The notes: generated by a model from the letters alone, not told the origin. A stretch of 64,000 nt of DNA from Eledone cirrhosa (GCA_964016885.1 OZ024741.1:211978001-212042000), one strand, 5' to 3'; numbered from the stretch's first letter, positions 41,173 through 55,400 are shown. Numbers and translations: made by a program.

Positions 41173-41442
41173 CACTTAATACAGAATGTCGGAATAAGAA
41201 TGTCTTTTACATATGTAATGTACCAGGGGTTAGCTAGAAATGGTTACTTTAACACACTATTCTGTAAGTATTTAGCTGAAAATATCTAAAAACGAGTTTG
41301 TCAATTCAAATGTTTATAGTAAATTGACTAGTGACAGACCATTGTGGAATTTTCTTGTATTAAAGTAAAGACTTTATTCTAAAGGTGATGTGGTCATATT
41401 GATGTTTTGGGCGTTTCAAGAATGTAATGCTAACGTCATTTA

Positions 41443-42232
41443 TCTATATTACTAAAACCGAGAATGTCTGATTGTCTGTCTGTCTGTCTGTCCAATCACT
41501 AAAACTCGAGAACCGCCCAACCGATTGTTTTCAAACTTTACACATGTAATACTTATGGTCGTGTGCGTGTTTTGAGCAAAAAGGTTTCAAATTTTCAATG
41601 CCCAAGGCACCGCATTAGGCGGTTTAGCGATCTCTGTCTATAATTCTTAGTCTTTCTCTTTTTTGATAGATACATAGATATAACGTCCCGCCTTTATAAT
41701 ATCTGTATGTATGCCTGATTGTCTTCATTGCGTCATTATGACGCGATCAGTGTGTGTGGTATATATGTATATATAGTGTGTGTATATATATATATATATT
41801 CTTATGCCAGGGAACGTCTTCACGAACCAAAGTATCGTCTTCCTGTTTTCCATCGGTTGCATCGCTTTTCAAAATATTTACATCTGCTTTCACAGATTGA
41901 TTTTTTTAGTTTCAGAATATCCCGTTAAGGTTGAAACCAGCGATTCTTTGCTTAAACATTAATATGTTATTTTAATATAGATATTCGTGTACAGATATTT
42001 TTGCATACACAAAAACAAAATATTAAATAAAAAGGCCGGCGATTACATAATCACATGCATCACTGACAGATAGTTTCGCATACACAAAAACAAAATATAA
42101 ATAAACAAGGCCAACGATTACATCAGTTAGTCTTAGTGTACTTCATGCTGCTTTTAGGTAGCAGATCCCGTTATGAGTGAAAGCACCGATTATTTGCTTA
42201 AACTTTAATCTGTTATTTATATATATATATAC

Positions 42233-42305
<73 letters not shown>

Positions 42306-42737
42306 GAGGTTATATTTAATTTGTTGGGATACAACAAGCAAAATATTTTTATAACTGATATAAAGCACTCAACAAATTATTGGAGTAAATATACAATATA
42401 TTAACAAATGGTTGCATTTTTTAAGGGTATGTCAATATTTATTTATAAAATTAACCTATATTATATTTTATCTGATGAAAGCCCACCATAGTTTGCTCTG
42501 GTTGCCCTTGAAATATGTATAATGAAATAAATATGGTTTTATAAATATAGTTTCCATTTGTTAATATGTTGTATATATATATATATAAATATATATTCGT
42601 GTACAGATATTTTTGCATACACAATAACAAAATATAAACAAAAATATTTATTTCACGAGGCTCGATAAGGATAAATATATATCAAATCTATAAGAACCCT
42701 AGAGCAAATCCCGAGCAACGCCGGGCCATTCTGCTAG
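41443..42737 (+). mobile_element. Non-autonomous Helitron inserted in an old ~150-bp tandem repeat
   Basis: A|TCTATATTACTAAAA...(tgtc)n start and cccgagcaacgccggg hairpin + CTGCTAG|T end. Flanking units share gtttcaagaatgtaatgctaacgt. Confidence 0.88.
42464..42529 (+). ncRNA. Type-I hammerhead in a small IR element nested in the Helitron; degenerate homolog at 22895-22957
   Basis: tattttat-CTGATGA-aagcccacca...tggttgccctt-GAAA-tatgta-TA-atgaaata. Confidence 0.7.
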
Positions 42738-43282
42738 TCTATTCTAAATTTTATATTAACGTTACTAGTAGAGATAACGTTGTGAAAATTTGAAGTATTA
42801 TAGTAAATAATTTACTTTATAAAGTAATGCTGTCGTATTATTGTCTTAGGTGTTTCAAGAATGTAATGCTAACGTGGTTTCATATATTTTGACTATTCAA
42901 AAGTTTATAGTAACATTACTATGGATATACCATTGTGTAAATTTGGAGTATTAGAGTAAACAGCTCATTTAGTAATGTGATGCATTCAGAGAGCAGTTTT
43001 ATAGTTTCCAAGAATCTGTTTCTAATGCGGTCTCATGTGGTATATCACGTTAAAAGTTAAGTAGTTGTCTCATTCGTACGAAAAATATTGCAGCGGGTAC
43101 AAAGAACAGAAATACAAGCTATCAATAAAATATGTACGTTTACTCATCCGTATTCAAATGAAGTCATGTAATATGACCTATGCATTTCCAATAGCCTTAC
43201 TTGAAAATGATAAATGAATAGGAATATATATATATAATGAAAGAATAAAATATCTTATTTTTATGTTGGGTATGTATCCATT

Positions 43283-43326
<44 letters not shown>

Positions 43327-43361
43327 ATATACATATATGTATGTGTATATATCCAACTATG

Positions 43362-43443
<82 letters not shown>

Positions 43444-43603
43444 CCAGACGTGTGTAACTTCGCGGAGAAGTTTCCGTTAATTTATGTAAGAAAAAACGTG
43501 AGTTTTTAGTTAAATTTTATATTATTGTGTAACTTGACCCCCCGTCTGGACCTTCAGGTGATGGGTCAACTCATTTTCGCCCCTACAGGGGCAAAATATT
43601 CGT

Positions 43604-44857
43604 TTGAAAAATGTTTTCTCCATAGAATTTTGGAAAATATCTCGTAAGAAGTTTGATTACGTTATGAACGCAGTGTTCAACGATAATGGTGGTGGAGAGT
43701 CGGTAATACTACAGAGTTCGCAGTCAACATCGTCTTCTTCCCTAGATACTATGGAGATGGAAAGACGAAATGAAAATGTAAAAACAAATTCATATCCAAA
43801 CAACACAAATGACACTAAACAGTTCAATGACAACAAAAATAACAACAACACCAATAATGATGATAAAAACAACAATGACAACAACAACAAAGAAAAAAAT
43901 AAAGACAACACCAATAACACCAGCAGCATCAAAGACAACAACAACACCAACACCAACACCAAGGAAAATACGAATAATATAAACATCAGTGACAACAAGA
44001 ATAACAACAGCAATAACAACAATAATGACAACACCACCAACACGGATAATTCCACAAAGAAACCAAAAATCTCCTTTGCACAGACAGTTCAAAAAAAGGA
44101 GGAACTGACATATCTCGACATAACAAGTGCCGAACAACTTTTAAAGGACGCTAGGAGATATGTCACTTTCGAAAAAAATGGTGCTTTCAGCATCAATTCT
44201 CCGGTAGAAATTCGCAAGGAAACTGCTCTCAAAACGATAGTTTTTATGACAGTTTCCAATTCTACCCGAAAACCAGTCCAATTGTCACAGAAAGAAATTG
44301 AACTGGTTTTCAAAAATTCAATGAATGATATTGCATTCATTCAAAGAAGCAAACTTTTTGGGAGTATTTCGGTACTCATGAAGGATCAATTGACGGCCCA
44401 AAATTACTCTGTGTCGCCAATTGTATCCAACCTGTATACCTTTTCCCCTACATACATGGGAAAAATGACACAAAAGATTAAAATCACGAGTGTCACACCA
44501 AAGGTGAACATATGGTGGATGCTGTGCGGCTTCAGCAATTTTGATGAAGACAGAATACTGTCAGTAGGAAAGTCCCCCAGAGATGTATTCAATGGGACTA
44601 GCATTGAAGTTCTGGTGCAAATGAGCCCAGAGCGAATAGCTATGATCCCACAACGTGTACTCCTGGACGGACTCACCTACATAAACTTTTCGGTTGAGGG
44701 TAGGCGGCCTTCATGTTACCATTGCTTTAGCAGGGGTCACCTGAGGGCTTCCTGTCCTAAATTAATGAGTAAAACAAAGGCATTTTGCCGACACCCATCA
44801 AAACAACACAACCACCAGCACCACCACAACAACAACATCACCAACACACTAAAATAA
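43604..44857 (+). CDS. Tx1 ORF1 gag-like protein (true C-terminus lost to frameshifts)
   Basis: Asn-rich N-terminus and CCHC knuckle GRRPSCYHCFSRGHLRASC. Confidence 0.8.
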   Translation: MKNVFSIEFWKISRKKFDYVMNAVFNDNGGGESVILQSSQSTSSSSLDTMEMERRNENVKTNSYPNNTNDTKQFNDNKNNNNTNNDDKNNNDNNNKEKNKDNTNNTSSIKDNNNTNTNTKENTNNINISDNKNNNSNNNNNDNTTNTDNSTKKPKISFAQTVQKKEELTYLDITSAEQLLKDARRYVTFEKNGAFSINSPVEIRKETALKTIVFMTVSNSTRKPVQLSQKEIELVFKNSMNDIAFIQRSKLFGSISVLMKDQLTAQNYSVSPIVSNLYTFSPTYMGKMTQKIKITSVTPKVNIWWMLCGFSNFDEDRILSVGKSPRDVFNGTSIEVLVQMSPERIAMIPQRVLLDGLTYINFSVEGRRPSCYHCFSRGHLRASCPKLMSKTKAFCRHPSKQHNHQHHHNNNITNTLK

Positions 44858-45607
44858 CCACAACAAACACAGTCCCACCCAACCCCACTCAACCTAAAAC
44901 CACTGCAAAATCACATACAGACACAACAGCTCTTCAAGACATACCCCTCCCCAATCACACAGACGATACAACAGATGAGGCTATCTCGCCATCAACCAGT
45001 GAAGAATAGGGAGAACGCCATCGCTCGAAAAGAAAGAAAAGACATTACAAAAGCAAAAAACCAGCAAACACTACCACAAACATACAACCACCAACACAAA
45101 CAACAAAAACATCACAAACAAAACCCCCACCTCCTGAAAACAAAATACCTACAACAAAACGAAAGCACACACAAGAACTACAGACAAAAACAAACACAAC
45201 ACAAGAAAATTACACTTAAACTTACATAAACACTGAAAACAAAACACTAATGGAGACCATCACGAACGACCCTTCGCTGAAAACCGAAGGGAAAACTTTC
45301 GCCCACTCTATTAAAAATAACAAAAAAACTGAACCTAAAACTGATTAGGGTCCCTATAAAAACTTATAGGTCCCTAAAAGAAACATTTGAGAAGGATGTG
45401 GGGAATTCCTGCGTGAAACCACTTAACCGCGTCCTTCTCAAATGTCTCCCCACCCCAGACACCCCCATCCCACCAGACCCCACCCCACCGGAAAACACCA
45501 CCCATGCAGACAACCCCTCCAACACCCCCATGGAAATTGTGCAGCCTGGTCCCCAGGAGACGAAGGGTGACTGATCTCTTTTCCTCTTTTAACTTTTCAC
45601 CACCAAC

Positions 45608-48600
45608 ATGGCCAATATAAGAGTTGGATGTGTGAACGTACGCGGCCTGGGGATGCCCTGGAAACAGGGCAAACTCTTAAACGACCTCAGGTCGCACAGT
45701 ATGGATGTGGTAGCTCATTTGCGAGTCCAGGATCCACAGCGAGCGACAGCTGGCCCCCATCTTCGATGACTTTGAGATCTACGCATCTCTCTGTCAACCG
45801 GGGGGTGGGAAGCGGAGTTGCCGTTTTGCTGCGGAAACACCTGGGCCTCGTAACACAGACGGTACATCTGGACCCGGAGGGTCGACTGGTGGTCCTAGAC
45901 GTTGACGGTAGTGAAGCTGGAGCCTTCAGGCTGGTGGACGCATATGCCCCATCCGGGACACCGCGGCCAGACTTCTTCAAACGTCTAGAGTCTTTTCTGG
46001 GAACGTCCCGCTCCTTGCTTTTAGTGAGGGACTGGAATGGAATCCTAGATGTACGATGGGACTATGTGGGACCATGTCCCGATAAAGGGAGGTGTAACAG
46101 CCTCAAACAGTTAATCGACCGATTTGACCTGGCCGATATCTATCGGCCAGGTCAAATCGGTCGATTAACTGTTTGAGGCTATATTTTCCGACTGTGCCAC
46201 TGTGGACGTGGACTAATCATAGCGGAACATCTAGATCGTACCTAGATAGGGTTCTAGTTAGAAATAAGGATAGGGACATGTTAAGCTGTCCATAAATGTT
46301 CATGGTTGCCTATTCAGATCACAAACTAGTGACCTGCATGGCCAACCTTGATAGAACCCATAGACAAGGACCCGGCTACTGGAAGCTGAACTTGTTGTTA
46401 CCGACAAGCAAAGCCTACAGTAGACGGATTAGCACTTTAGTTAAACAGCACTTGACAGGGGCCATTGTCAATAACAGATGGTGGTACTCTCTCAAGAGGG
46501 CAGTTAGATTAGACTCGATAGTTTTTAGTAAAGAATTATCGTTAGATAGAAATAGAACCGAGAAGGAACTGGTAGATAAAGTAGAAGAGGCAATTAGAAG
46601 TGGCAACGTAGCCAGCGTGCTAGCAACGAGAACGGCCTTGGACCAGTTCTTCGACGCAAAGCACGAGGGCTGCGTTGTCAGAAGCAAAATACGTCCTCTG
46701 GGAAACGAGGGAGCCAAAGCTGTTAGCTGGGCTCGAGTGACGGAGGCAAAAAGTGGCAACAAGTCCACGATTCGGTCTTTGAAGGACCAAAACGGACGCG
46801 TGATACGTGAGCCGAAGCATATGTGTGCGGCCTTTCAGCGGCACTTTGCTCAACTGTTCGGGCGGGGCGGCGCACCGGGAGGGGCTATGGATTTCGGTCC
46901 ATATCTCGACGGCCTGCCGCGACTCTCGGACAGCGAGGCAAAGTTCTGCGAAAAGCCGATTTCAGCCGCTGAGATAGGGGACGCGCTGAGCCAATGCGGC
47001 AAACGCACATCTCCAGGTCTCGACGGTCTACCCTACGAATTTTACGTAGCAATGCCGGGCTTCTTCTCCGGTCTCCTGGAAGCGGTCTACTGCAACTGGC
47101 AACAGAACAGGAGAATTCCCAGTTATGTAACCGGGGGCGTGGTCACACTAGTCAGGAAGGACGAGAATAAGGGGGATGATATAGGCAACTTCCGGCCCAT
47201 AACTCTGCTAAACACAGAGTTACAGATTTTGGCCAAGGTGTTGGCAAAAAGGCTGGCGCTTGTCGTCGAGAACCTGGTGGGAGAAGTGCAGACATGCGCA
47301 ATCCCGACCAGGTCCATATACGACAACCACCACCTCATGCGATACATCATTGAGAGGGTAGGGTGTAAACCAGGCTTCGGTGGGGCCCTGTTCAACTTGG
47401 ATCAGTCTAAGGCTTTCGATAGGGTTGACCATCGTTACCTGGATGCGGTGCTCGAGGCGGCAGGCTTCGGACCCATGTTCAGGGGCTGGATCCATTCGAC
47501 AGGGATGCCCTCTCTCCTCCCTTCTGTACGTACTGACTCTCGAGCCACTACTGCGGAGGTTAGAGCTATTGCAGGGCATCCCTCTGGAACCGGGACTGCG
47601 GAAAGCGGCGTCGGCCTATGCCGACGACGTGATGGTAATGGTGTCGAGCGCCTCGCAAATCGATGAAGTCGGCACCTTCCTGAAGGAATACGAAAGTTTC
47701 ACAGGAGCGACGCTGAACCGGGACAAGTCTATCGGTTTGCAACTCGGGTGGTGGAGAGGACAACCGATGCCTTCCGATGGCGTCGTCGGACGCTGGACGG
47801 AAGGACCGGTAAAGCTGCTCGGGGTCTGGTTTAGTCCGGACCTCCAGGTGGAGAAGAACTGGAACAAAGTGACGGCCAAGGTGTTTGCATTCACCCAGAA
47901 GTGGGCCGAGTGCAAACTATCCTTGAAAGGTCGAGCGCAGGTGGTGAACACTTTTATAGCGTCCTCCATCTACTACCGCTTGACCGTCGTGCCTTGTCCA
48001 GCCAAAACGCTCGCCAAAATGGAACGCGCGCTCTTCCAATTCCTTTGGAAGAGGCGGGCTCCTTTGGTGAGAAGATCCATCTGCTGCCAACACCCTTCTA
48101 ACGGAGGGCTGGGGATGCCGTGGTTGACGATGCGCAAAAATGCGCTCAGGCTGCGGCATCTCTACGTATTCCTCACGGGACAACCGATGTGGGCCCCGTT
48201 CGTGAGGCGAGCCTTCCCACGACTCGTCTCGCTGACCGAGCTGCAGTCCTGGGTCAAGCAAAGACCGAGGAAAATGGGCGACTGGCACATCGAATGGGCT
48301 CAGGCGCTCACAGCCCTCTGGCAGGCGGACCCGGCGATCAGTGGAGACTCCACTTCGACATTCTATAGAGGGTTGATCCGCAGCAAGTGCGACGACGCGC
48401 TCGTGAAACTCTAGGTGTAGAGGAAGATGAACTGGCCAGTCTGTTCGGTAGGACCTTCCGCCCGGGACCGATGGACAACTTCCAAAAGTCCCTGGCCTGG
48501 CAGTGCTACCGAGGAGCTCTACCAGTTCGAGACAAGCTCTACAGACATGGGCGCCCGGGCAGGGACCCTGCAAAAAAGATCTGTCCGAGGTGCGTGCGAG

Positions 48601-48997
48601 ACGAAGAAACCGTCGGGCACGCATTCATACACTGCCCGGGCGTCACTGACCTGTTGGGCTATGTAGAACGACTATTGTCGCGGGTGGGAGCAATCTGGTT
48701 GACCACCGAGTCCATTGTCATGATCAAACCGCCACCCTCCTTCAAAAACGAAGGAGAGGCGGTTTTCCTTTGTGTGATAGCTATGGCTAAAGAGGTTGTA
48801 TGGTGGACAAGGTTGAAAGGGCTGAGGTCAGACACCTTTCTCTCCGGCCAACAACTGGTTTTTTTTTCAAATACCACTTTGGAAGAAGAATCAGGATTGA
48901 GAGAGAGGTGCTGCACCCCAGCAAGTTTTATGAAAGGTGGGTGAAAGTGGCGAGAATGGCCCGAGTGAATGGGCCTTCTCTATATATCAGCCTGTAG
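45608..48997 (+). pseudogene. Tx1 ORF2 endonuclease/reverse transcriptase
   Basis: MANIRVGCVNVRGL, SDHKLV, GPGYWKLN, SPGLDGLP, FRPITLLN, DQSKAFDRV, RQGCPLS, YADDV, CPRC...HAFIHC. Several frameshifts and stops. Confidence 0.95.
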
Positions 48998-49460
48998 GTT
49001 GAGGAAAAGGAGGAGGACAGGAAACGAGTACAAACTCTTCGTACTCCTGGAGTAGAGGGTTGCACATTTTTTCGGGGGTATGTGTTACCCATATGAACTG
49101 TCTCCTCCTATTGGGGAAAATCGACTAACTTTTTAAATTGCATTTGTGATAACATTTTACACGTTTTTATTGTATGTAAACTTCCCCCTTTGTATTTGTC
49201 CCCTTCTTTTGTGCCCCTGTGGCTAATAAAGAAACATATCTATCTATATATTTATCTATATATCTATATCTATATATATATCAATACATACATATATATA
49301 TGTATGTATATATCAATATCAATACATACATGTATATATGTATATATATATATATCAATATATATATATATATATTAGTTTTGCGAAAACCAACCAAACA
49401 GTGAGTGTGTTCTGTTATTAATTCTGGCAATATTACACAAATATGACCCTCCCCAAGTAT

Positions 49461-49539
<79 letters not shown>

Positions 49540-49545
49540 CATATA

Positions 49546-49592
<47 letters not shown>

Positions 49593-49613
49593 ATATATAC
49601 ATATATATATATA

Positions 49614-49643
<30 letters not shown>

Positions 49644-49649
<6 letters not shown>

Positions 49650-51042
49650 GAAACACACAGTTACACGCGGACACACACATACATGAATGCATCCGCACCC
49701 AACTGTGAGTTAAGGGTGCCAACTTCACCGATGTTGCTCAATGAATGACTGGGACAGACCAATCCAGTTGAACTAGACTGAACCAGTATCAGAGTTAAAA
49801 ATATATTATGAAGAGAGAAGAAACATTTAGATATAATTAGTAATAAAATGTATCATACCTAAACTGCTCCTATATTCCTCGACTACGTAGTTTCGTGTCA
49901 TAAACAAAAACAATATAGCATAAAAATATAGAGTCCTTGCGAGGTCTGCCGACTTATCAAAAGGATACCTCATTTTACTAGTCTCAAGAACGCGTCTACA
50001 CGACGTGAGAAAGAATCCCAAAAGGCGGAGGGGGAGATAGTCACGCGATATAACGGTCGAGAAACAGAGCTAAGCCTCTTATAACCCCGAAGAAAATACC
50101 ACGGAGGCGGAGGGGGCACTTATATCGAGGCCGTAGAAGAGGTGGTGAAGTATGAGTAATGGAAGCTTTCCAGCTGTCCCCACACTTCAAAGATTGCTCG
50201 ACCAGAGGGAGTTATTAACAATATATTTAGAAACACACAGATACACGCGGACACACACATATATACATGAATGCATCCGCACCCAACTGTGAGTTAAGGG
50301 TGCCAACTTCACCGATGTTGCTCAATGAATGACTGGGACAGACCAATCCAGTTGAACTAGACTGAACCAGTATCAGAGTTAAAAATACACTATGAAGAGA
50401 GAAGAAACATTTAGATATAATTAGTAATAAAATGTATCATACCTAAACTGCTTCTAAATTCCTCGACTACGTAGTTTCGTGGCATAAACAAAAACAATAT
50501 ATCATAAAGATATAGAGTCCTTGCGAGGTCTGCCGACTTATCTCACAGTTGGGTGCGGATGCATTCATGTATATATGTGTGTGTCCGCGTGTATCTGTGT
50601 GTTTCTAAATATATTGTTAATAACTCCCTCTGGTCGAGCAATCTTTGAAGTGTGGGGACAGCTGGAAAGCTTCCATTTCTCATACTTCTCGCCTCCTTCA
50701 CCACCTCTTCTACGGCCTCGATATAAGTGCCCCCTCCGCCTCCGTGGTATTTTCTTCCGTGTTATAAGAGGCTTAGCTCTGTTTCTCGACCGTTATATCG
50801 CGTGACTATCTCCCCCTCCGCCTTTTGGGATTCTTTCTCACGTCGTGTAGACGCGTTCTTGAGACTAGTAAAATGAGGTATCCTCTTGATAAGTCGGCAG
50901 ACCTCGCAAGGACTCTATATCTTTATGATATATTGTTTTTGTTTATGCCACGAAACTACGTAGTCGAGGAATTTAGAAGCAGTTTAGGTATGATACATTT
51001 TATTACTAATTATATCTAAATGTTTCTTCTCTCTTCATAATA
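49644..51042. mobile_element. Retrozyme/pLTR-like element: ~584-bp partial tandem (-) fused to an inverted copy (+), in (TA)n
   Basis: The unit from 49644 is repeated at 50224-50542, and an inverted copy runs 50542-51042. All copies are near-identical. Confidence 0.9.
50881..50970 (+). ncRNA. Type-I hammerhead, U3-A8 core variant (second copy at 49876-49965 on -)
   Basis: tcctc-TTGATAA-gtcggca...tgccac-GAAA-ctacgtag-TC-gagga. Palindromic stem III and GUC site. Confidence 0.8.
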
Positions 51043-51103
51043 TATATATATATATATATATGTATTGGTATATATATATGTGTTGATATATACATATATC
51101 TAT

Positions 51104-51181
<78 letters not shown>

Positions 51182-51799
51182 ATACATACATATACATTTA
51201 TGTGTGTGTGTGTGTGTGTATGTGTGTGTGTGTATCAATACATGTATTACAATTTTGAAAACTAAATTATATCAGTCTAGTATATATATACATGTGTATA
51301 TTAAAAACAACGGAATACATACATATACATACATACATACATACATACATACATACATACATACATACATACATACATACATACATACATGCAAGCATAC
51401 ATACATGCATACATACAACACATACAAGCATACATACATACTTACATACATACATGCATACATACATACATACCAAACCTACCTACCAACCTATCTAACT
51501 ACCTACCGACTTACCTACCTCCATACATAATACATACCTACATACACACATACATACACATCTACATACATACATGCATATGCATTTATATATTTTATGC
51601 GCGTGAAATGTGTGTTTTTGGATTGTGATATACATAGTAATGTGTGAAGAAGGGTAGCTCAATTGTTATAGTATTCGGCTCACGGTACAAGGTCGGGAGT
51701 TCAATTTCCAACTGTTCGTTGTGTGCATGTCCAGGACATTTTATTGTACTGGCATGGAAATATTATATGGAATTCTATATAGTAATTCAAAGGGAAAGC

Positions 51800-52143
51800 C
51801 GTAGCATGCGTTACTGTCTGGAAAGCAATAGAAAATAGTAGCCTTAGCAAACATGAAAGCACAGCCGAACTCCCACTGTCATCGCCTCCATCTCTTTCGC
51901 CCTCCCCATCTCTCTGTAAATAGGGTTCTCTCTGAGCAAATAGGTTTCCAGGTGCTGGCCTCCTCACTCCCCCGGCGGACAGAATGGAGAAGGCGTTTCC
52001 CCGGTAGACGGTAAGGGAGATGCGCTGGAAATGCCATTCCAACTCGTGAGGCTCACACCTGCGGTTGGCCAGCTCAGCGCCTATCGTTGTGAGGAGGGAG
52101 GTATCCCTAGGGCCAAGGACACCAGAAGTCTCCACTGCCAAGG
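51800..52143 (-). mobile_element. CRE-clade non-LTR 3' fragment nested in a family-B SINE
   Basis: AVETSGVLGP...LLTTIGAELANRRCEPHELEWHFQRISLTVYRGNAFSIL. SINE head at 51653-51800 and tail ctgtgtcacgctgaatc at 52154. Confidence 0.8.
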
Positions 52144-52490
52144 GTGTTATTCACTGTGTCACGCTGAATCTTGCTATGTATTGCGTTGAGCTACTTGTGC
52201 CTGTTTAATATACATATGAGTATGTATACATCTATAATATAAAATGAGGTGTATCAGTAATTTAAGACACCAATATTACTACATAGTATTTTATGTTAAT
52301 GACACACGTGCGATAATTTCATGAGGAGGTTGATGCTTAGTTAAAACAACTGTTTCACTCATCGCTGGAAACGACGGAGATCCGGCATTTTTCCATGAGA
52401 AAGAGTAATGTAGAACTATCTACATATGTGCATAGATACATTATTTATATGTGTGTGTGTTTAACGAGATTCATAAACACATTAATAATA

Positions 52491-55400
52491 CTAGCTGACG
52501 TACCCAGCTTCGCCCGGGTAAACAGATGATAAGAGAAGACAGGTAAAAGAGAAAATGACTGTATTGGATGCTTGTCTGGTTACAGTATGAATCGAGTCCG
52601 TGTTGTCTGTGTGATATAAAAAAACAGTAAAAAAAATCTTCCAGATATACCAGATTCTTCGTTGTACGGTTTGTGCATAGTATATGAACAATTCTAGGTG
52701 CTCCCACCTAGAATAGTGACCTCTAGGAGATGGTTCATCTTCTGCCTGACTGTAAAATGTGTATCATTGCATAGACGTGGTTGTTCCACGTTTCTCAAAA
52801 GGATGATGGAAGTTCCAATCTTTTATATTATATGCAGATATAGATATAGATATAGATAATTAATATAAAAGATGTCCGTCAATGTAAAAAAGGTCCCTAT
52901 TTACTTGAAATGCTTTATACAAATGTCAAATTAATATGGATATGGATAACATGCTTATCTATTTATTCAGTAATTTCCACTTCTTAGCCACTGCGTAATA
53001 GACAGTCAATATTGCCCAGAGTTCAACTCGGGGAGGTGGCCTGGTTTGAACTCCAAATGGCGGATCCTTCTACTTCGAAAATAGAATCGTTTTTTCAATA
53101 TTACTCTAGCCCTGGCCGGCCATAGGCACCAAACTTTTTGCCAGACTCAGCATATGATGAGGTTTTATTACCACTGCAATCAGAAGCGATAAATTTGAAG
53201 GCAATTTCTACCAATACTTTATTGCTCATTATCGACAATAAATGACATTGAACAGAAATGATAACTCTGTCAAAGCTCACAATACTGATGAAAGGTCACC
53301 AATGTCCGAATCATTTACGTCGCTTATTGATAGCATTAAAGATATGCATATATCAAAGCTTCATTATAACAATTCAGGGTTGTTCCTCTGTTAGTGATAT
53401 CAATTGCAAATTTTATACCATCAGGATCGCGCACTCGAGATGCAGCAACATACAGTTGCCCATGGCTGAATGCTGGATTATTCAAGTAGACACCGACTCG
53501 CTTGAAAGTATGTCCCTGTGCCTTGTTGACAGTCATGGAGAAGGCCAAATTGACGGGATCTCCTTTGCCAAATGAATGGTAGCAGATCTTCACTTGGTCT
53601 CAGCATGATCCTCGGAATGAGAACCGATTCCTCTCTGCCTGGGAGTTTAGCTTCTAAAACTATTCCGTTAATCAATCTCTCAACAATCAATCTAGTACCA
53701 TTGCAAAGACCCATTTTATGATTGATATTTCTAAGCAATATAATCGGCATACCCTTTTTCAACCTCAAAATATGTGGGGGAAATCCGGGTATTTGAAGTG
53801 AATTCAGATACTCAGTCGGAACATCCATATGGTTCTGCTGATTAGGCTCCATTGCATCCGCAATGACGGTCAACCATTCCTCTTCAGGAAACATTCCGGC
53901 TACTTGTGAATTTATTTCATCGACCGTTGCATTCGTATGAGTTAGAATAACGCGTTCCGATATCCAGGAGAGATATTCTGCCAAAAAGCATTCAAATTAG
54001 GGAACATCCAGTCAATCAATGCTTGGTGGTCCAGTGGCATGACCAAATGGTCTGGGATTCTTACAGTCTGTTTATCACCAACGTGTGGCAATTCATCGTT
54101 TCCCAACTGCATCAACCATCGGCCGTATGTCTCAGCCTCTTCGTTTTGCCCGAACATACGAAGTCGCATATTATCGTGTAATCGCAAAACTCTGAAATGG
54201 CGCCACAGCGGGCACTTTTTCAGACATGCATCGACAATTTGCGCTCTTTGAGCATTCCTAACAATTGGTAGCACCTGTCTGAAATCGCCACCAAGAACGA
54301 TAGTCTAACCACCGAATGGCAGGTCACTACCGCAGATATCTTTCAAAGTTCTGTCCAAATATCTGTGTGCCATTGGAGCCTCGTCCCAAATAATCAGAGA
54401 CGTATTGCGTATAAGGACTGCGAGTTCACTTTGTCTTGTAATGTTACAGACACTCAGCTCATCCGGAGCCAATGGACCCTTGAAGCATGAGTGGAAGGTC
54501 CTTCCACCACTCAGCAAAGTGGCAGCGATCCCACTGGTGGACACAGGGAGAGCAATCTTCCTCTGAGCTCTGACTGCCGATAACATAGTGTTGAAACATA
54601 ATGTCTTTCCGGTGCCTCCTGGAGCATCTATGAAAGCACAAATTTGCTCATTAGTGGAAATCGAGTGGAGAACGCCATCGACCAATTCTCTCTGAGATTG
54701 GGTCAACATTGGCATACGTTCATCCACAATATGTTGCTGTTCCAGTGGATCAAACTGGAATAGTTCCCTCTGATCGAGTGGCAACCGTCTAAGCTGCAAT
54801 CTCATGTTCAATGCTAAGACTCGTTGCCGCATTTCTTCATCAGGAATTGGCAAATTGAAATCTCTTAAACATTTCAAATGAACTTCAAGCAGTTGCTCAA
54901 TATTGAGCAAAACAATAGCCTTCATCAAATGTTCATCATCGACCTGAAGATGATGCCTAAAATCATCAGCCATAATTCCCCAATGGCGTTCAAATAACTC
55001 TCTTGGTTCGGCGGCAGGATTACAGAATCCTAGAATCGTGACAAACAACTGCCTTATTTGAGCTGGCATCTGTGTTGTTCCTGTAGCTTCCATGGTGTTA
55101 TTCCATTCAGCGTCATCCTGAAGGAGTCCCAGATGTTGATACACAGCCTGCTATGTTTCATATTCCACGCCATTGATTGTTTTCAAATCAGCGAAGCTGT
55201 TTACCTCTCTAAAAATCACTATGCAAGAGAATTCGGAGATAAAACACATCACCAGATGCTGGATGGACATTACAAACCCGTCCAATAGTCATGAATCTCA
55301 ACTTTGTTTTCTATCATTCCATTTCTTTCCCTTCTTATCCCACGTATAGTGCAAAGGGAAATCGCAGTAGAGTTGCCTTTGGTCCGGGTTCAAACATGTT

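Larger units (their letters stand above)
43444..49236 (+). mobile_element. Probably full-length Tx1-clade LINE, disrupted
   Basis: ORF1 plus ORF2 (APE endonuclease, RT, Zn finger). 3' end TAATAAAGAAACA, with (TATC)n on both sides. The 5' boundary is inferred from the microsatellite edge. Confidence 0.92.
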
